63,685 bases of DNA from Xanthobacteraceae bacterium (GCA_019748335.1 JAIEPP010000037.1:1-63685); one strand, 5' to 3'. Positions 1-10,555 are shown, counted from the stretch's first letter. A program made the numbers and translations. Notes: generated by a model from the sequence alone, not told the origin.

Positions 1-1516
1 CGTCGCCCACCATCATGACCGGTCCGTTCTTCCGTTCGGAAAGCACGGTGAGAACCTTCTGGTCCGGCGACAGGCCCGACCGCACGGCGTCGATGTCGAG
101 GCCCGCCGTGATGGCTTCGGCCACGTCGCGGCGATCTCCGGTGGCCAGAACGATTCGGCGAATTCCAAGCTTCCTGAGTTCGCCCAGAAGTTCCGCCGTG
201 CCCCTGCGTAATTCGTCGGCGAGCACGACTTGACCGGCGAGCCTGCCGTCGATCGCCACCGCGACCACAACGGCGCCCGCCGCAGGCTGTTCCGGAATCG
301 GATTCGCCGCTCTCGAATCCAGGCTGGAAGCAACGAAGTGAACGCCGCCGACGATGACCGCGCGCCCGTCGACATCGCCTTTGATCCCTTCGCCCGGCGT
401 CTCAATCACCCCCGACGGTACTGCAAGCTGCAAGCCGCGCGCATGGGCTTCGTCGACCAGGGTCTGGGCGATAATATGCTTGGAGGCCTGATCGAGCGAT
501 GCAGCGAGACGGAGCACTTCGTCCGGTGCGGCACCGGCCGCGACGTTGACCGAAACGACCCGCGCCCGGCCGTCGGTCAGCGTCCCCGTCTTGTCGATCA
601 CGAGCGAGCGCACCCGCCCAAGCGCCTCGATGACCTTGCCGCCCTTGATCAGGATGCCGCTTTTCGCTGCGCGCGAAAGTCCGGCAACGAGGGCGACCGG
701 GACGGCGAGGATCAGCGGGCACGGGGTCGCGACCACGAGCACGGCGACCGCGCGGACGACGTCGCCGCTCCAGTACCAGGCGAGGCCGGAGACAAGAATC
801 GTAACGACGAGAAACACGATCGCGAAGCGGTCGGCGATACGCGACAGCGGCGCCCTGGAGCGCTGCGCTTCCTCGACCAGGCGGACGATACCGGCATAGG
901 TGCTCTCGGCGGCATGATGCAGGGCGGCGAGATCGAAAGCCTCGCCCACATTGGTCGATCCGCTCATGACCTCGTCGCCGGGACGCCGCTGCACCGGTAT
1001 CGATTCACCCGTCAGCGCCGATTGATCGAGAACCGCCACGCCACCGGCGACCGTGCCGTCGACCGAAACGACATCGCCCTGCCGGATCAAGAGCCGGTCT
1101 CCGGGCTCGATGGCGTCGAGGCCGACCTCTTCCAGCCCGCCATCACGGTGGCGGACGGCGGTCCTTGGAACCCGCGCCAGGATCGCCGTCATCTCGTGCC
1201 GCGCATGGCGCTCGGCAAAGGCCTCGAGATACTGGCCGCCGGAATACATCAGCGCGACCACCACCGCGGCCAGTTCCTCGCCGACCACCAGCGCCGCCGT
1301 CATCGACAAGGCAGCGACGATGTCGAGCCCGACCTCGCCGCGCCGCAGGCTGGACACGATCTCGTACAACAGCGCCAGCAGGACCGGCAGGGTGGACGCC
1401 CCCCACACCCATCCCTGCCATCCCGGCAATCCGAAAGCCGGCATGGCGAAGCCGGCGACGAGTCCGGTCACCGGCAGCGCGACAAGGAGGGAGCGGAGTA
1501 CGAATTGGGAGAACAC
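1..1516 (-). CDS. Heavy-metal P1B-type ATPase (TPCP motif, P1B-5-like); 3' end runs off the window
   Basis: Not in the ORF track because there is no stop in the window. Manual translation from GTG 1516 gives FSQFVLRSLLVALP...EVGLDIVAALSM...LTGES...VATPCPLILA...IDKTGTLT...GPVMMVGD. Confidence 0.9.
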   Translation of the reverse strand, partial: MFSQFVLRSLLVALPVTGLVAGFAMPAFGLPGWQGWVWGASTLPVLLALLYEIVSSLRRGEVGLDIVAALSMTAALVVGEELAAVVVALMYSGGQYLEAFAERHARHEMTAILARVPRTAVRHRDGGLEEVGLDAIEPGDRLLIRQGDVVSVDGTVAGGVAVLDQSALTGESIPVQRRPGDEVMSGSTNVGEAFDLAALHHAAESTYAGIVRLVEEAQRSRAPLSRIADRFAIVFLVVTILVSGLAWYWSGDVVRAVAVLVVATPCPLILAVPVALVAGLSRAAKSGILIKGGKVIEALGRVRSLVIDKTGTLTDGRARVVSVNVAAGAAPDEVLRLAASLDQASKHIIAQTLVDEAHARGLQLAVPSGVIETPGEGIKGDVDGRAVIVGGVHFVASSLDSRAANPIPEQPAAGAVVVAVAIDGRLAGQVVLADELRRGTAELLGELRKLGIRRIVLATGDRRDVAEAITAGLDIDAVRSGLSPDQKVLTVLSERKNGPVMMVGD

Positions 1517-1529
1517 CGGCTGACCTATC

Positions 1530-2759
1530 TCATCTGAGCAAAGCGGTGGCGATCATGGCGAGACAGGTCGCGAGCCCCACCGCCGGCGCCCACACCGGAC
1601 CGGTCAGGCGGGGCGTGCCCGGCCCCTCGCCGCGAAGGCGAAGCCGAAGGAGCGCGAGATTGACCAGCGCGAATACCGCAAGCGTCGCCAGCGAGGTACT
1701 TTCCGCGAGCCATGCGAACGGCACCAGCAGCGCCAGGGGAATGATGCAGCCGGCGATAGCCGCGGTGGCGACGAGCGGCGTGCCGGTGCGCGGATTCACC
1801 GACGCGAACCGCTGCGGAAGATCGCCCTCCCGCGCCATGCCGTACAGCACGCGCGCCGCCATGGTCATTTGCGCCAGGATGGTATTGAGAGTGGCGAAGA
1901 TGGCGATGGCGCTGATGGTGGCGGGGCTGACGCCGGCCAGCGCGCGAAACACCAGACTGAGCGGCGCCGGAGACAGCGACAGCCGCTCGGCCGACACCAC
2001 GCTCACGGCAACGGCGGCGACCAGCACGTAGAGTGTCGTCGATATCAGAAGCGTCAGCACCATGGCGCGCGGGATATCCCGCTGCGGCACCTTGGCCTCT
2101 TCGACGACGTTGGCCAGATCTTCGAAGCCGATGAACGCAAAGAATGCGAACAGGCCGCCGAGGGCAATCCCGGACAGCGGGACGAGTTCGAGTGGCGGCG
2201 GATTTGCCAGGGCCGTCAGCATCGGCACATCGGCGTAGACGGCGGCAACGATGATCGCCACCAGTCCGCCGACCTCGACCAAGGTGAAAATGCCGGCCAA
2301 CAGCACCGACTCCAGTATCCCCCAGGCCGCGACGGTAGAGAGCGCGAGGACAAGGACGACGACGATCAGGCCGCGCGGCAGGTCGACGAATTGCTGGATA
2401 TAGCCTGCCGAGCCCAGCGCGACGGCTGACGACGACACCACCCCGATAACGATCGTGAGCAAGCCGGTCGCAACCGACAGGGGCTGCGACCGGAAAGCCG
2501 CCTTGACGTAAGCAGCCTCGCCGGCACTGACCGGAAAGCGCGACGAAAGCGCGATGTAGGAGGCAACGGTGAAAGCCATCACGATGGCAGCCAGCAGGAA
2601 CGACCACGGTGCATAGACGCCGGCATGGCCGGCGACGGTGCCGATCAGGACGTAGATGCCCGCCCCGATGGTGATGCCGGTGCCGTAGAGCACGAGCAGC
2701 GGCAAGCTGAGGCGCCGCTTCAGCGCCACCGGCTGCCCGATGCCGGTCTCCATGGTCAT
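1530..2759 (-). CDS. APC-family amino acid permease
   Basis: LKRRLSL...GTGITIGAGIY, AGEAAYV, FAFIGFEDLANVVEE, ARVLYGMAREG motifs; about 12 hydrophobic segments. Confidence 0.9.
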   Translation of the reverse strand: MTMETGIGQPVALKRRLSLPLLVLYGTGITIGAGIYVLIGTVAGHAGVYAPWSFLLAAIVMAFTVASYIALSSRFPVSAGEAAYVKAAFRSQPLSVATGLLTIVIGVVSSSAVALGSAGYIQQFVDLPRGLIVVVLVLALSTVAAWGILESVLLAGIFTLVEVGGLVAIIVAAVYADVPMLTALANPPPLELVPLSGIALGGLFAFFAFIGFEDLANVVEEAKVPQRDIPRAMVLTLLISTTLYVLVAAVAVSVVSAERLSLSPAPLSLVFRALAGVSPATISAIAIFATLNTILAQMTMAARVLYGMAREGDLPQRFASVNPRTGTPLVATAAIAGCIIPLALLVPFAWLAESTSLATLAVFALVNLALLRLRLRGEGPGTPRLTGPVWAPAVGLATCLAMIATALLR

Positions 2760-2838
2760 TCTGTCCTCATTTCGCCAATCACCACGGCGGCGCAAAACAC
2801 CCGGCCACCTGCGTCGCGGGAGCCAAGGCCGAGTTCGC

Positions 2839-3153
2839 CTACTTGCTGTTCATGCATTGAAACAGGAACTCCCGCTGATCGCGGAGTGAAAACCTGCGGC
2901 CTTCCGTTTGTTCTCGCCACTTGCTGTTGCAAGCGTAAAACCTGGCATTGTCTTGCGCCCAGTGCTTGCGCGCCGCATCCCATTGCGCCCTGGTCCAGTC
3001 ACGCACTTTGGCCGTCGGCGAAGGTTGCTCCGCCCGGCCTGACTGTTCTGCAACCGGCCTGGCATCGGGTTCGCGTGTTTGCGCCGAAGCAACGGCGATG
3101 TTCATGGCAACGGCGATCGCGCCGACGAGAAGGCACAACCGGGGATTCATCAT
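2839..3153 (-). CDS. Small secreted hypothetical protein (signal peptide, Trp-rich, 2 Cys)
   Basis: MMNPRLCLLVGAIAVAMNIAVASA signal peptide; FixK box upstream; first gene of the leftward operon. Confidence 0.7.
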   Translation of the reverse strand: MMNPRLCLLVGAIAVAMNIAVASAQTREPDARPVAEQSGRAEQPSPTAKVRDWTRAQWDAARKHWAQDNARFYACNSKWREQTEGRRFSLRDQREFLFQCMNSK

Positions 3154-3277
3154 CGTCTTGCTCCAGATCGTCCTGTTGAAGGCGCCGCAAGCCGCGAAGG
3201 GGCGGAACGGCCGCGGTCTGGACAACCGCATGATCAACTCCTCTGGTAGACAATGCCGCCGCCGTGGTGATCGGGCA

Positions 3278-3291
3278 TTGAGGTGAATCAA
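3278..3291. promoter_or_regulatory. FixK/FNR box
   Basis: TTGAGGTGAATCAA upstream of the 3153 gene. Confidence 0.7.
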
Positions 3292-3620
3292 GCCGGAGCA
3301 CGATCGGAGAGCTAGCCTGCCGCAAACTGCGAATAGATGTCAGATGCAGGGCGGCAAGTTCGTTCATGACAATACGCGCGGCCGACGGCAGACATCGTCA
3401 AGGATGGCCAAAGCCGGGCGATGATGCCGAATTGCGAAGTCTTCGATCGGCGTGAGGCACCGGGGCCGGGCCCGGTTCACCCCTGCGGAACGGCTGAGCA
3501 TCGGGAACGATCCCTTAGAATAGATATCTGAGATATCACTTATTGACATTTTAACATGACTAATTAGGATGCAGGAATGATGTCTGATATTGGCCATGGT
3601 TTCGTCGGCGAGGCAGATTG

Positions 3621-3941
3621 ATGATCACTGCGGCTCAATTGCGGGCTGCCAGGGTGCTGCTCGGCATCGATCAGCGTCAGCTCGCGGAGCTTTCGGGGCT
3701 TTCCGCACCAACCATCCAGCGCATGGAAGCGAGCGAGACCATGGTTCGGGGCAATGTCGATTCGCTGGTGAAGCTGATGACCGCGATCGAGGCCGCCGGC
3801 ATCGAATTGATCGACGAGGGCGCGATCAGCAATGCCGGGGGAAGAGGCGTGCGGCTGAAGGCACATGCAGGATCGGCAAGAAGCCGTTCGGTCATGCGAA
3901 CGGAAAGCCAGACATCGGGCAGAGCGGGGACGCGCAAATAA
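3621..3941 (+). CDS. XRE-family HTH transcriptional regulator
   Basis: MITAAQLRAARVLLGIDQRQLAELSGLSAPTIQRME HTH; its TAA overlaps the hyfB ATG; AT-rich upstream region. Confidence 0.9.
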   Translation: MITAAQLRAARVLLGIDQRQLAELSGLSAPTIQRMEASETMVRGNVDSLVKLMTAIEAAGIELIDEGAISNAGGRGVRLKAHAGSARSRSVMRTESQTSGRAGTRK

Positions 3942-5956
3942 TGTCGCCCGTCGCCCTGCAAATGACATGTGTCGCCGCACTGCTCGGATCGGCAGTTCTG
4001 GCGATTGTTCTGAGCCGTCTCGGGAGTGCGACGGCCGTCGTCTACGGCGCGACCCTGGTGGTATCGTTGATTGCGTTGATCGGATCGATCCGATGGCTGC
4101 TGGGCGGCACCGGCGGTGCCACCGATCTGACCCTGCCGATCGGATTGCCCTGGCTTGGCGCTCATTTCCGGCTCGATGCGCTGGCTTCGTTCTTCCTCGT
4201 TGTCGTCAACCTGGGAGGGGCATCGGCAAGCCTCTATGGCCTCGGCTATGGCCGGCATGAGCACGCGCCACACCGCGTGCTGCCGTTTTTCCCCGCCTTC
4301 CTGGCCGGCATGAATCTCGTGGTGCTGGCGGACGACGCGTTCTCCTACCTGCTGTGCTGGGAGTTCATGTCGCTGGCTTCATGGGCGCTGGTGATGGCGC
4401 ACCACCGCGAGCCCGGCAACGCCAAGGCCGGGTACATTTACCTCGTGATGGCGAGCTTCGGCACCCTCGCTTTGCTGCTGGCTTTCGGCCTGCTGGCGGG
4501 CCCGGCGGGCGACTATGGCTTTACAGCGATCCGCGCTGCGCACCACACGCCCTATGCGACCACGCTGGTGTTGATCCTGATGCTGCTCGGCGCCGGATCG
4601 AAGGCCGGCCTGGTGCCGCTGCATGTCTGGCTGCCGCTCGCCCATCCCGCAGCTCCGAGCCACGTTTCGGCGCTGATGAGCGGCGTCATGACCAAGGTCG
4701 CGATCTACGGCTTCATCCGCGTGATATTCGATCTGTTGGGACAACCGACATGGCCGGCCAGCGTGGTCGTGCTGTTTCTCGGCGGCATCACCGCCGTCAT
4801 GGGCATTCTTTACGCCATGATGGAAAAGGACCTGAAGCGGCTCCTGGCCTACAGCACGATCGAGAATATCGGGGTGATCTTTGCAAGCCTCGGACTTGCG
4901 ATGGCGTTCCAGGCCAACGGCCTGAAGCTCGCGGCGGCGCTGGCCTTTACCGCGGCGCTGTTTCACGTTCTCAACCATTCGTTCTTCAAGAGCCTGCTGT
5001 TCTTCGGTGCCGGCGCCGTCCTGACCTCGACGGGCGAGCGGAATATGGAAAAACTCGGCGGTCTCATTCACCGCATGCCGTTCACGAGCTTCGTCGTTCT
5101 CGTCGGCTGCGTCGCGATATCGGCGCTTCCGCCGTTCAACGGCTTCGTTTCGGAATGGCTGATGTTCCAGGCTGTGCTGCAGAGCCCGGAACTGCCTCAA
5201 TGGGCCTTGAAAATCATGGTGCCCGCGGTCGGAGCCCTGCTGGCGCTCGCGGCCGCGCTGGCCGCGGCATGTTTCGTCAAGGCCTATGGCGTGGCGTTTC
5301 TCGGACGGCCGCGCGGCAAATCGGCCGAAACCGCGCAGGAAGTCGACCGCTTCTCGCTTGCGGCCATGTTCATCCTCGCCGCACTTTGCCTGCTCGCCGG
5401 AATCCTGCCGGGTTTCGTCATCGACGCGCTTTCTCCTGTTACCATCGAAATCCTCGGCGGCCGCATGCCGATCCAGTCCAACGAACCCTGGCTGTCGATT
5501 GCCCCGATCGCCGAAAGCCGGAGTTCATATAATGGCTTGCTGGTGATGGTGTTCATCACCCTGTCCGCGTCCCTCGTCGTCTTTTTCATTCATCGCTTCG
5601 CCTCGCGGGCGATACGGAGCGGGCCAGCCTGGGGCTGCGGCTTTTCTGACGCCACCCCCGCCGCGCAATACTCGGGCGACAGTTTCGCACAGCCGATCCG
5701 TCGCGTCTTCGGCACGATGGTGTTCCATGCCCGCGATCACGTCGACATGCCGGCCCCGGGCGATACCCGGCCGGCGCGGCTTCGGATCGAACTGCACGAC
5801 CTGATCTGGGAAGGCATCTACCAGCCGATCGCCGACGCCATCGGTTATTCTTCCGAACGGCTCAACCGTCTGCAGTTCCTGACCATCCGCCGCTATCTCA
5901 GCCTGGTCTTTGCCACCCTCGTCACGTTGCTGCTGGTGCTCGCGATATGGTCGTGA
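3941..5956 (+). CDS. hyfB: Hydrogenase-4 subunit B-like antiporter subunit (NuoL/MrpA family) of an Ehr complex
   Basis: WEFMSLAS, KAGLVPLHVWLPLAHPAAPSHVSALMSG, DLKRLLAYSTIEN, LPPFNGFVSEW. Confidence 0.92.
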   Translation: MSPVALQMTCVAALLGSAVLAIVLSRLGSATAVVYGATLVVSLIALIGSIRWLLGGTGGATDLTLPIGLPWLGAHFRLDALASFFLVVVNLGGASASLYGLGYGRHEHAPHRVLPFFPAFLAGMNLVVLADDAFSYLLCWEFMSLASWALVMAHHREPGNAKAGYIYLVMASFGTLALLLAFGLLAGPAGDYGFTAIRAAHHTPYATTLVLILMLLGAGSKAGLVPLHVWLPLAHPAAPSHVSALMSGVMTKVAIYGFIRVIFDLLGQPTWPASVVVLFLGGITAVMGILYAMMEKDLKRLLAYSTIENIGVIFASLGLAMAFQANGLKLAAALAFTAALFHVLNHSFFKSLLFFGAGAVLTSTGERNMEKLGGLIHRMPFTSFVVLVGCVAISALPPFNGFVSEWLMFQAVLQSPELPQWALKIMVPAVGALLALAAALAAACFVKAYGVAFLGRPRGKSAETAQEVDRFSLAAMFILAALCLLAGILPGFVIDALSPVTIEILGGRMPIQSNEPWLSIAPIAESRSSYNGLLVMVFITLSASLVVFFIHRFASRAIRSGPAWGCGFSDATPAAQYSGDSFAQPIRRVFGTMVFHARDHVDMPAPGDTRPARLRIELHDLIWEGIYQPIADAIGYSSERLNRLQFLTIRRYLSLVFATLVTLLLVLAIWS

Positions 5957-6903
5957 TCTCGGACATACTTGTGCAGGGTGTGCAGATGCTGCTGGTGCTG
6001 CTGCTGGCGCCGCTGCTGACCGGCTTCGTGCGCAAGATCAAGGCGCGGCTGGTGCGCCGTCAGGGAGCTTCGGTCTTCCAGCCCTATCGCGATCTGCTGC
6101 GGCTGTTGCGCAAGGAGGTGGTGCTGGCGGAAAACGCCTCGTGGCTGTTCCGCGTCACGCCGTACGTGACCTTTGCCGCGATCTGGGTAGCCGCCGCGCT
6201 GGTGCCGACCTTCGGGACCGGTCTCCTTTTCAACTGGACCGCCGACCTGATTGCCATCGTCGCACTCCTCGGCAGCGCACGCTTCTTTCTGGCGCTGGCG
6301 GGGATGGATGTCGGGACCAGTTTCGGCGGCATCGGCTCCAGCCGTGAAGTCATGATCGCCGCACTGGCCGAACCGGCGATGCTTCTGATCGTGTTCTGCA
6401 TGGCGCTGGTCGCCGGCTCGACCCAGCTCTCGACGGTCGCGAATTTCATGGCCTTGTCCCATGTCGGACTGCGGGTATCGCTGGGAATGGCGATCATCGC
6501 GCTGATCATGGTGGCGCTCGCCGAGAACGCGCGTATCCCGGTCGACAACCCGGCCACGCATCTGGAACTCACCATGGTGCATGAAGCAATGGTTCTTGAA
6601 TATTCCGGACGTCATCTGGCAATGATCGAGCTCGGCGCCTTCCTCAAGCTGCTGCTCTACATTTCACTGATCGCCTGCGTGTTCCTGCCCTGGAAGATCG
6701 CCATGATCGGCGCCGGGCCGCTGTCCTATGCCATTGGCGCCGGCGCCTATGTCGGCAAACTCGCACTTGCCGGCTTCCTGCTCGCCTTGTTCGAGACCGC
6801 GACGGCCAAGATGAGGGTGTTCCGCGTTCCGCAATTCCTCGGCGCCGCGCTGATGCTGGGCTTGCTCGGCACGCTGCTGCTGTTCGTATCGAGGAGCTTC
6901 TGA
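5947..6903 (+). CDS. hyfC: HyfC/HycD (NuoH-like) membrane subunit
   Basis: RKIKARLVRRQGASVFQPYRDLLRLLRKE, ENARIPVDNPATHLELTMVHEAMVLEYSG. Confidence 0.92.
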   Translation: MVVISDILVQGVQMLLVLLLAPLLTGFVRKIKARLVRRQGASVFQPYRDLLRLLRKEVVLAENASWLFRVTPYVTFAAIWVAAALVPTFGTGLLFNWTADLIAIVALLGSARFFLALAGMDVGTSFGGIGSSREVMIAALAEPAMLLIVFCMALVAGSTQLSTVANFMALSHVGLRVSLGMAIIALIMVALAENARIPVDNPATHLELTMVHEAMVLEYSGRHLAMIELGAFLKLLLYISLIACVFLPWKIAMIGAGPLSYAIGAGAYVGKLALAGFLLALFETATAKMRVFRVPQFLGAALMLGLLGTLLLFVSRSF

Positions 6904-7571
6904 TGCAGATGCACAGCCTTGCCTTCGATATCTCGCATACCCTCGCCGGCGGATTGGTCCTGATCAGCTTCATGATGCTGTACCAGGACCGGCTCTATTC
7001 GCTGCTCAACGTGTTCGCCCTTCACGCCCTCGTGCTCGCCCTTTCCGTCGCCTGGCAAGCTTACGTCCAGGACGCACCGCATCTCTACGTCACCGCGGTG
7101 ATCGCCCTCGTCTTCAAGGCGATCGTGATTCCGGTGGCGCTGCATCGCATCGTCAAGCAGCTCGGGATTCATCGCGACATCGAGTCGGCCGTGGGTATCG
7201 GCCCGACCATGCTGGCCGGAATGGGGCTGGTCGCGCTCTCGATGGTGTTGATGCTGCGGGTCACCGCCGATGCCGACCCGCTGGCGCGCGAGGACCTCGC
7301 CTTCGCCTTGTCGGTCGTGCTGCTCGGACTGCTGGTCATGGTGACGCGCCGCAATGCGGTCAGTCAGGTCGTGGGATTCATGTCGCTGGAGAACGGGCTG
7401 GTGCTGGCGGCGACCGGCGCCAAGGGCATGCCGCTGGTGGTGGAGATCAGCGTTGCCTTCTCGATCCTGATCGCTTTCATCGTCATCGGCATCTTCCTGT
7501 TCCGGATCCGCGAACGCTTCGATTCCGTCGACGTCTCCGCACTCGACGACTTCCGGGGCGAGAGGCGATGA
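6903..7571 (+). CDS. hyfE: Hydrogenase-4 component E
   Basis: Hydrophobic; RRNAVSQVVGFMSLENG, GMPLVVE; translationally coupled to its neighbours. Confidence 0.9.
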   Translation: MQMHSLAFDISHTLAGGLVLISFMMLYQDRLYSLLNVFALHALVLALSVAWQAYVQDAPHLYVTAVIALVFKAIVIPVALHRIVKQLGIHRDIESAVGIGPTMLAGMGLVALSMVLMLRVTADADPLAREDLAFALSVVLLGLLVMVTRRNAVSQVVGFMSLENGLVLAATGAKGMPLVVEISVAFSILIAFIVIGIFLFRIRERFDSVDVSALDDFRGERR

Positions 7572-9019
7572 GCATGGCTTCCTTCAATCCCGTGATGGCC
7601 GTGCTGCTGATTCCAATCTGCACGGCTGCGTTGCTGGCCGCGTTGCCCGGCTACCGGCTGACCGCGCGGCTGAACGTCGTGGCCAGCCTCGCGACATTTG
7701 TTTCGGCACTTTCGCTGTTCGTGATCGACCGTCCGCCGCCCGGCCCCTACGTGCTGATCGACGACCTCAATATCGTCTTCATCGTGCTCAACACCTTCGT
7801 GGGATTCACCACCAGCATTTTCAGCGCGAGCTACATCGCACATGAACTGGAAACCGGGCGGTTGACGCCGGTCTACCTGCGCTTCTACCACGCCATGTTT
7901 CAGACCATGATGTTCGGCATGAACCTCGCTTTCGTGTCTAACAATATCGGCCTGATGTGGGTTGCGGTGGAAATTGCGACCCTCACCACGGTGCTGATGG
8001 TCGGCATCTATCGCACCCACGCCGCACTCGAAGCGGCGTGGAAGTACTTCATTCTCGGCAGCGTCGGAATTGCGCTGGCTTTGTTCGGCACCATCCTGGT
8101 CTACATGGCGGCCCGACCGGTCGTCGGCGAAGGCCAGGATGGGATGATCTGGACGCTGTTGATCCAGCACGCGGCGAAATTCGATCCCGCTTTGCTCAAT
8201 GTCGCGTTCATCTTCCTGTTTCTCGGTTACGGGACCAAGGTCGGTCTCGCACCGCTGCATGCCTGGCTGCCTGACGCGCACGCCGAAGGTCCAACGCCGA
8301 TATCGGCCGTGCTGTCGGGCCTGCTCCTGAATGTCGCGCTCTACGCGCTGCTGCGCTTCAAGATCCTGCTCGCCGCCAACCCGGCGGCGATTTCGCCCGG
8401 TCCGCTGATGGTAACGATGGGCCTGGTTTCAGTGGTCTTTGCCGCCTTCATGTTGTATCGACGCCGCGACATCAAACGCCTGTTCGCCTATTCCTCGATC
8501 GAACACATGGGCATCATCGTCTTCGCGTTCGGCATGGGCGGTCCGCTCGCGAATTTTGCCGGGCTGCTGCACATGGTGATGCACAGCCTGACCAAGTCGG
8601 CCATCTTCTACGCCGTCGGGCATATTTCGCAGATCAAGGGCACCCAGCGGATATCGCGGATCCGGGGCCTGACCGTGACCCACCCGGCGCTTGGCTGGGG
8701 TCTCGTGGTCGGCGTCGTCGCGATCGCCGGACTGCCGCCACTCGGCATCTTCATGAGCGAATTCCTCGTCGTCAGTTCCACCTTCGCAAGGCAGCCCTTG
8801 CTCGCGATCGTGCTGGTGTTCGGACTGTTGCTGGCCTTTGGCGCCTTGACCCTGCGCCTGACGACGGTCGCCTTCGGCGCGCCGCGCGGCAGCACGGCCT
8901 CAGCCGAGGCTTCCTATGTACCGATGTTTGCGCATCTCGCACTGGTTCTGGGCGCGGGTATCTACCTTCCCGCGCCGCTGGTGCTCTGGTTCCAGCATGT
9001 GGCTCAACTTCTTGGATAG
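7568..9019 (+). CDS. hyfF: Hydrogenase-4 subunit F (antiporter-like)
   Basis: EAAWKYFILGSVG, GYGTKVGLAPLHAWLPDAHAEGPTPISA, DIKRLFAYSSIEH. Confidence 0.92.
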   Translation: MSMASFNPVMAVLLIPICTAALLAALPGYRLTARLNVVASLATFVSALSLFVIDRPPPGPYVLIDDLNIVFIVLNTFVGFTTSIFSASYIAHELETGRLTPVYLRFYHAMFQTMMFGMNLAFVSNNIGLMWVAVEIATLTTVLMVGIYRTHAALEAAWKYFILGSVGIALALFGTILVYMAARPVVGEGQDGMIWTLLIQHAAKFDPALLNVAFIFLFLGYGTKVGLAPLHAWLPDAHAEGPTPISAVLSGLLLNVALYALLRFKILLAANPAAISPGPLMVTMGLVSVVFAAFMLYRRRDIKRLFAYSSIEHMGIIVFAFGMGGPLANFAGLLHMVMHSLTKSAIFYAVGHISQIKGTQRISRIRGLTVTHPALGWGLVVGVVAIAGLPPLGIFMSEFLVVSSTFARQPLLAIVLVFGLLLAFGALTLRLTTVAFGAPRGSTASAEASYVPMFAHLALVLGAGIYLPAPLVLWFQHVAQLLG

Positions 9020-9031
9020 GGACGACCTGAC

Positions 9032-10543
9032 ATGCCGTCGCTGATCGATCTGGCGCTTGAAGGCCGCAAGGTCCCGCAACACGGCCCATGGCCGCGCGTA
9101 ATCGTCGATACCTCCGTGTGGAGATTTACCGCACGCGAGCTCGCCCATGGACGCTGGAACCTGCTCGGCCTGTGGGGCGAACCCGCAACCGTGCACATGG
9201 CGATCATGGATGGTGATACGTCGGAGATCGCTGTCGTCGGCCTCGATTGTCCCAACCGCACTTATCCTTCCGTCGGCATGCACCATCCGCCGGCGCTGCG
9301 ATTGGAACGAGCCATCAATGACCTGTTCGGACTGTCGGCCGAAGGCCTGCCCGATACCCGCCCCTGGCTCGATCACAACCGTTGGGGCCTGCGTTTTCCG
9401 CTGGGAGACCATATCGAGGCGCTGCCCACGGCGGCGCCGTATCCCTTCCTGGCGGTCGAGGGGAACGGCCTGCATCAGATCGCGGTTGGGCCGGTACATG
9501 CGGGCATTATCGAGCCCGGGCATTTCCGCTTTACCGCCAGCGGCGAGACCGTGGTCCGACTGGAGCAGCGGCTCGGATACACGCACAAGGGTATCGAAGG
9601 ACTGATGACCGGCGCCAGTCTGGAGCGCGCCGTCCAGCTCGCCGGGCGCGTGTCGGGCGACAGCACCGTCGCCTATGCCTATGCGTTCTCGCGGGCGGCC
9701 GAGGCGGCCCTGGAACTGGTCGTGCCGGACCGTGCGGTGTTTCTGCGGGCTCTGCTCGCGGAACTCGAGCGGCTCGCCAACCACCTCGGCGACATCGGCG
9801 CGGTCTGCAACGACGCTTCCTTCGCACTGATGCATGCGCATTGCGGCGTGTTGCGCGAGAGCGTGCTGCGCGCTGCCAATGCCGCATTCGGTCATCGACT
9901 GATGCGGGACGTCATCGTGCCGGGCGGCGTGGCCCGCGACATCAGCGCCGACGGCGCGGAGACCATCCAGGCCGCGCTCGACAATATCCGCCTGCGCTTT
10001 CCCGCCCTGGTCGAATTGTACGACAACACGGCTTCGCTGCAGGACCGCACCGTGGATACCGGCATCCTCAAGCCCGCGCTCGCCAGCCAATATGCCACTG
10101 GCGGCTACATCGGCCGCGCCTCCGGCCGAAGTTTCGACGCTCGTCAAAACCTCAGCTATGCGCCGTATGACAGCTTGCGCCTGCAGGTACCGGTCCTCAA
10201 CGAGGGTGACGTCAACGCACGTGTCTGGATTCGGGTGCGCGAGGTCGAGCAAAGCCTTTCGCTGATCGATCAGATTCTCAACCGGCTGCCCGAGGGGCCG
10301 TTGGGCGCCAATGCCGCGCATCGCGTCGAACCGCGGGAGGGCATGGCAATCGTGGAGGGATTCCGCGGCGACATCCTGGTCTGGCTCCGCTTGCGCGACG
10401 GCAAGGTTGAACGCTGCCATCTGCGCGACCCGTCCTGGTTTCAATGGCCGCTGCTCGAGGCGGTGATCGAGAACAATATCGTCGCGGACTTTCCGCTCTG
10501 CAACAAGTCGTTCAACTGTTCCTATTCGGGCCAAGACCTTTAA
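9032..10543 (+). CDS. hyfG: HycE/HyfG-like large subunit (NuoC+NuoD fold) lacking NiFe-binding CxxC motifs
   Basis: VGPVHAGIIEPGHFRF, LGYTHKGIE, ELERLANHLGD, VEGFRG. The L1 site reads RVSGDS and the C-terminus reads DFPLCNKSFNCSYSGQDL. Confidence 0.9.
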   Translation: MPSLIDLALEGRKVPQHGPWPRVIVDTSVWRFTARELAHGRWNLLGLWGEPATVHMAIMDGDTSEIAVVGLDCPNRTYPSVGMHHPPALRLERAINDLFGLSAEGLPDTRPWLDHNRWGLRFPLGDHIEALPTAAPYPFLAVEGNGLHQIAVGPVHAGIIEPGHFRFTASGETVVRLEQRLGYTHKGIEGLMTGASLERAVQLAGRVSGDSTVAYAYAFSRAAEAALELVVPDRAVFLRALLAELERLANHLGDIGAVCNDASFALMHAHCGVLRESVLRAANAAFGHRLMRDVIVPGGVARDISADGAETIQAALDNIRLRFPALVELYDNTASLQDRTVDTGILKPALASQYATGGYIGRASGRSFDARQNLSYAPYDSLRLQVPVLNEGDVNARVWIRVREVEQSLSLIDQILNRLPEGPLGANAAHRVEPREGMAIVEGFRGDILVWLRLRDGKVERCHLRDPSWFQWPLLEAVIENNIVADFPLCNKSFNCSYSGQDL

Positions 10544-10555
10544 GGATACCACGCG

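Noticed and set aside
230-1537. 435-aa plus-strand ORF, and similar long ORFs such as 8900-10552, 12940-15135, 29768-31453 and 61687-63483
   Set aside because: Antisense shadows of well-supported genes, typical of high-GC DNA, with no recognisable motifs.
3364-3597. 77-aa minus-strand ORF upstream of the XRE gene
   Set aside because: It runs through the AT-rich promoter/operator region and shows no coding signature.
3590-3940. N-terminal extension of the 788-aa hyfB ORF
   Set aside because: It overlaps the XRE gene in another frame; the real start is the ATG at 3941, coupled to the XRE stop.
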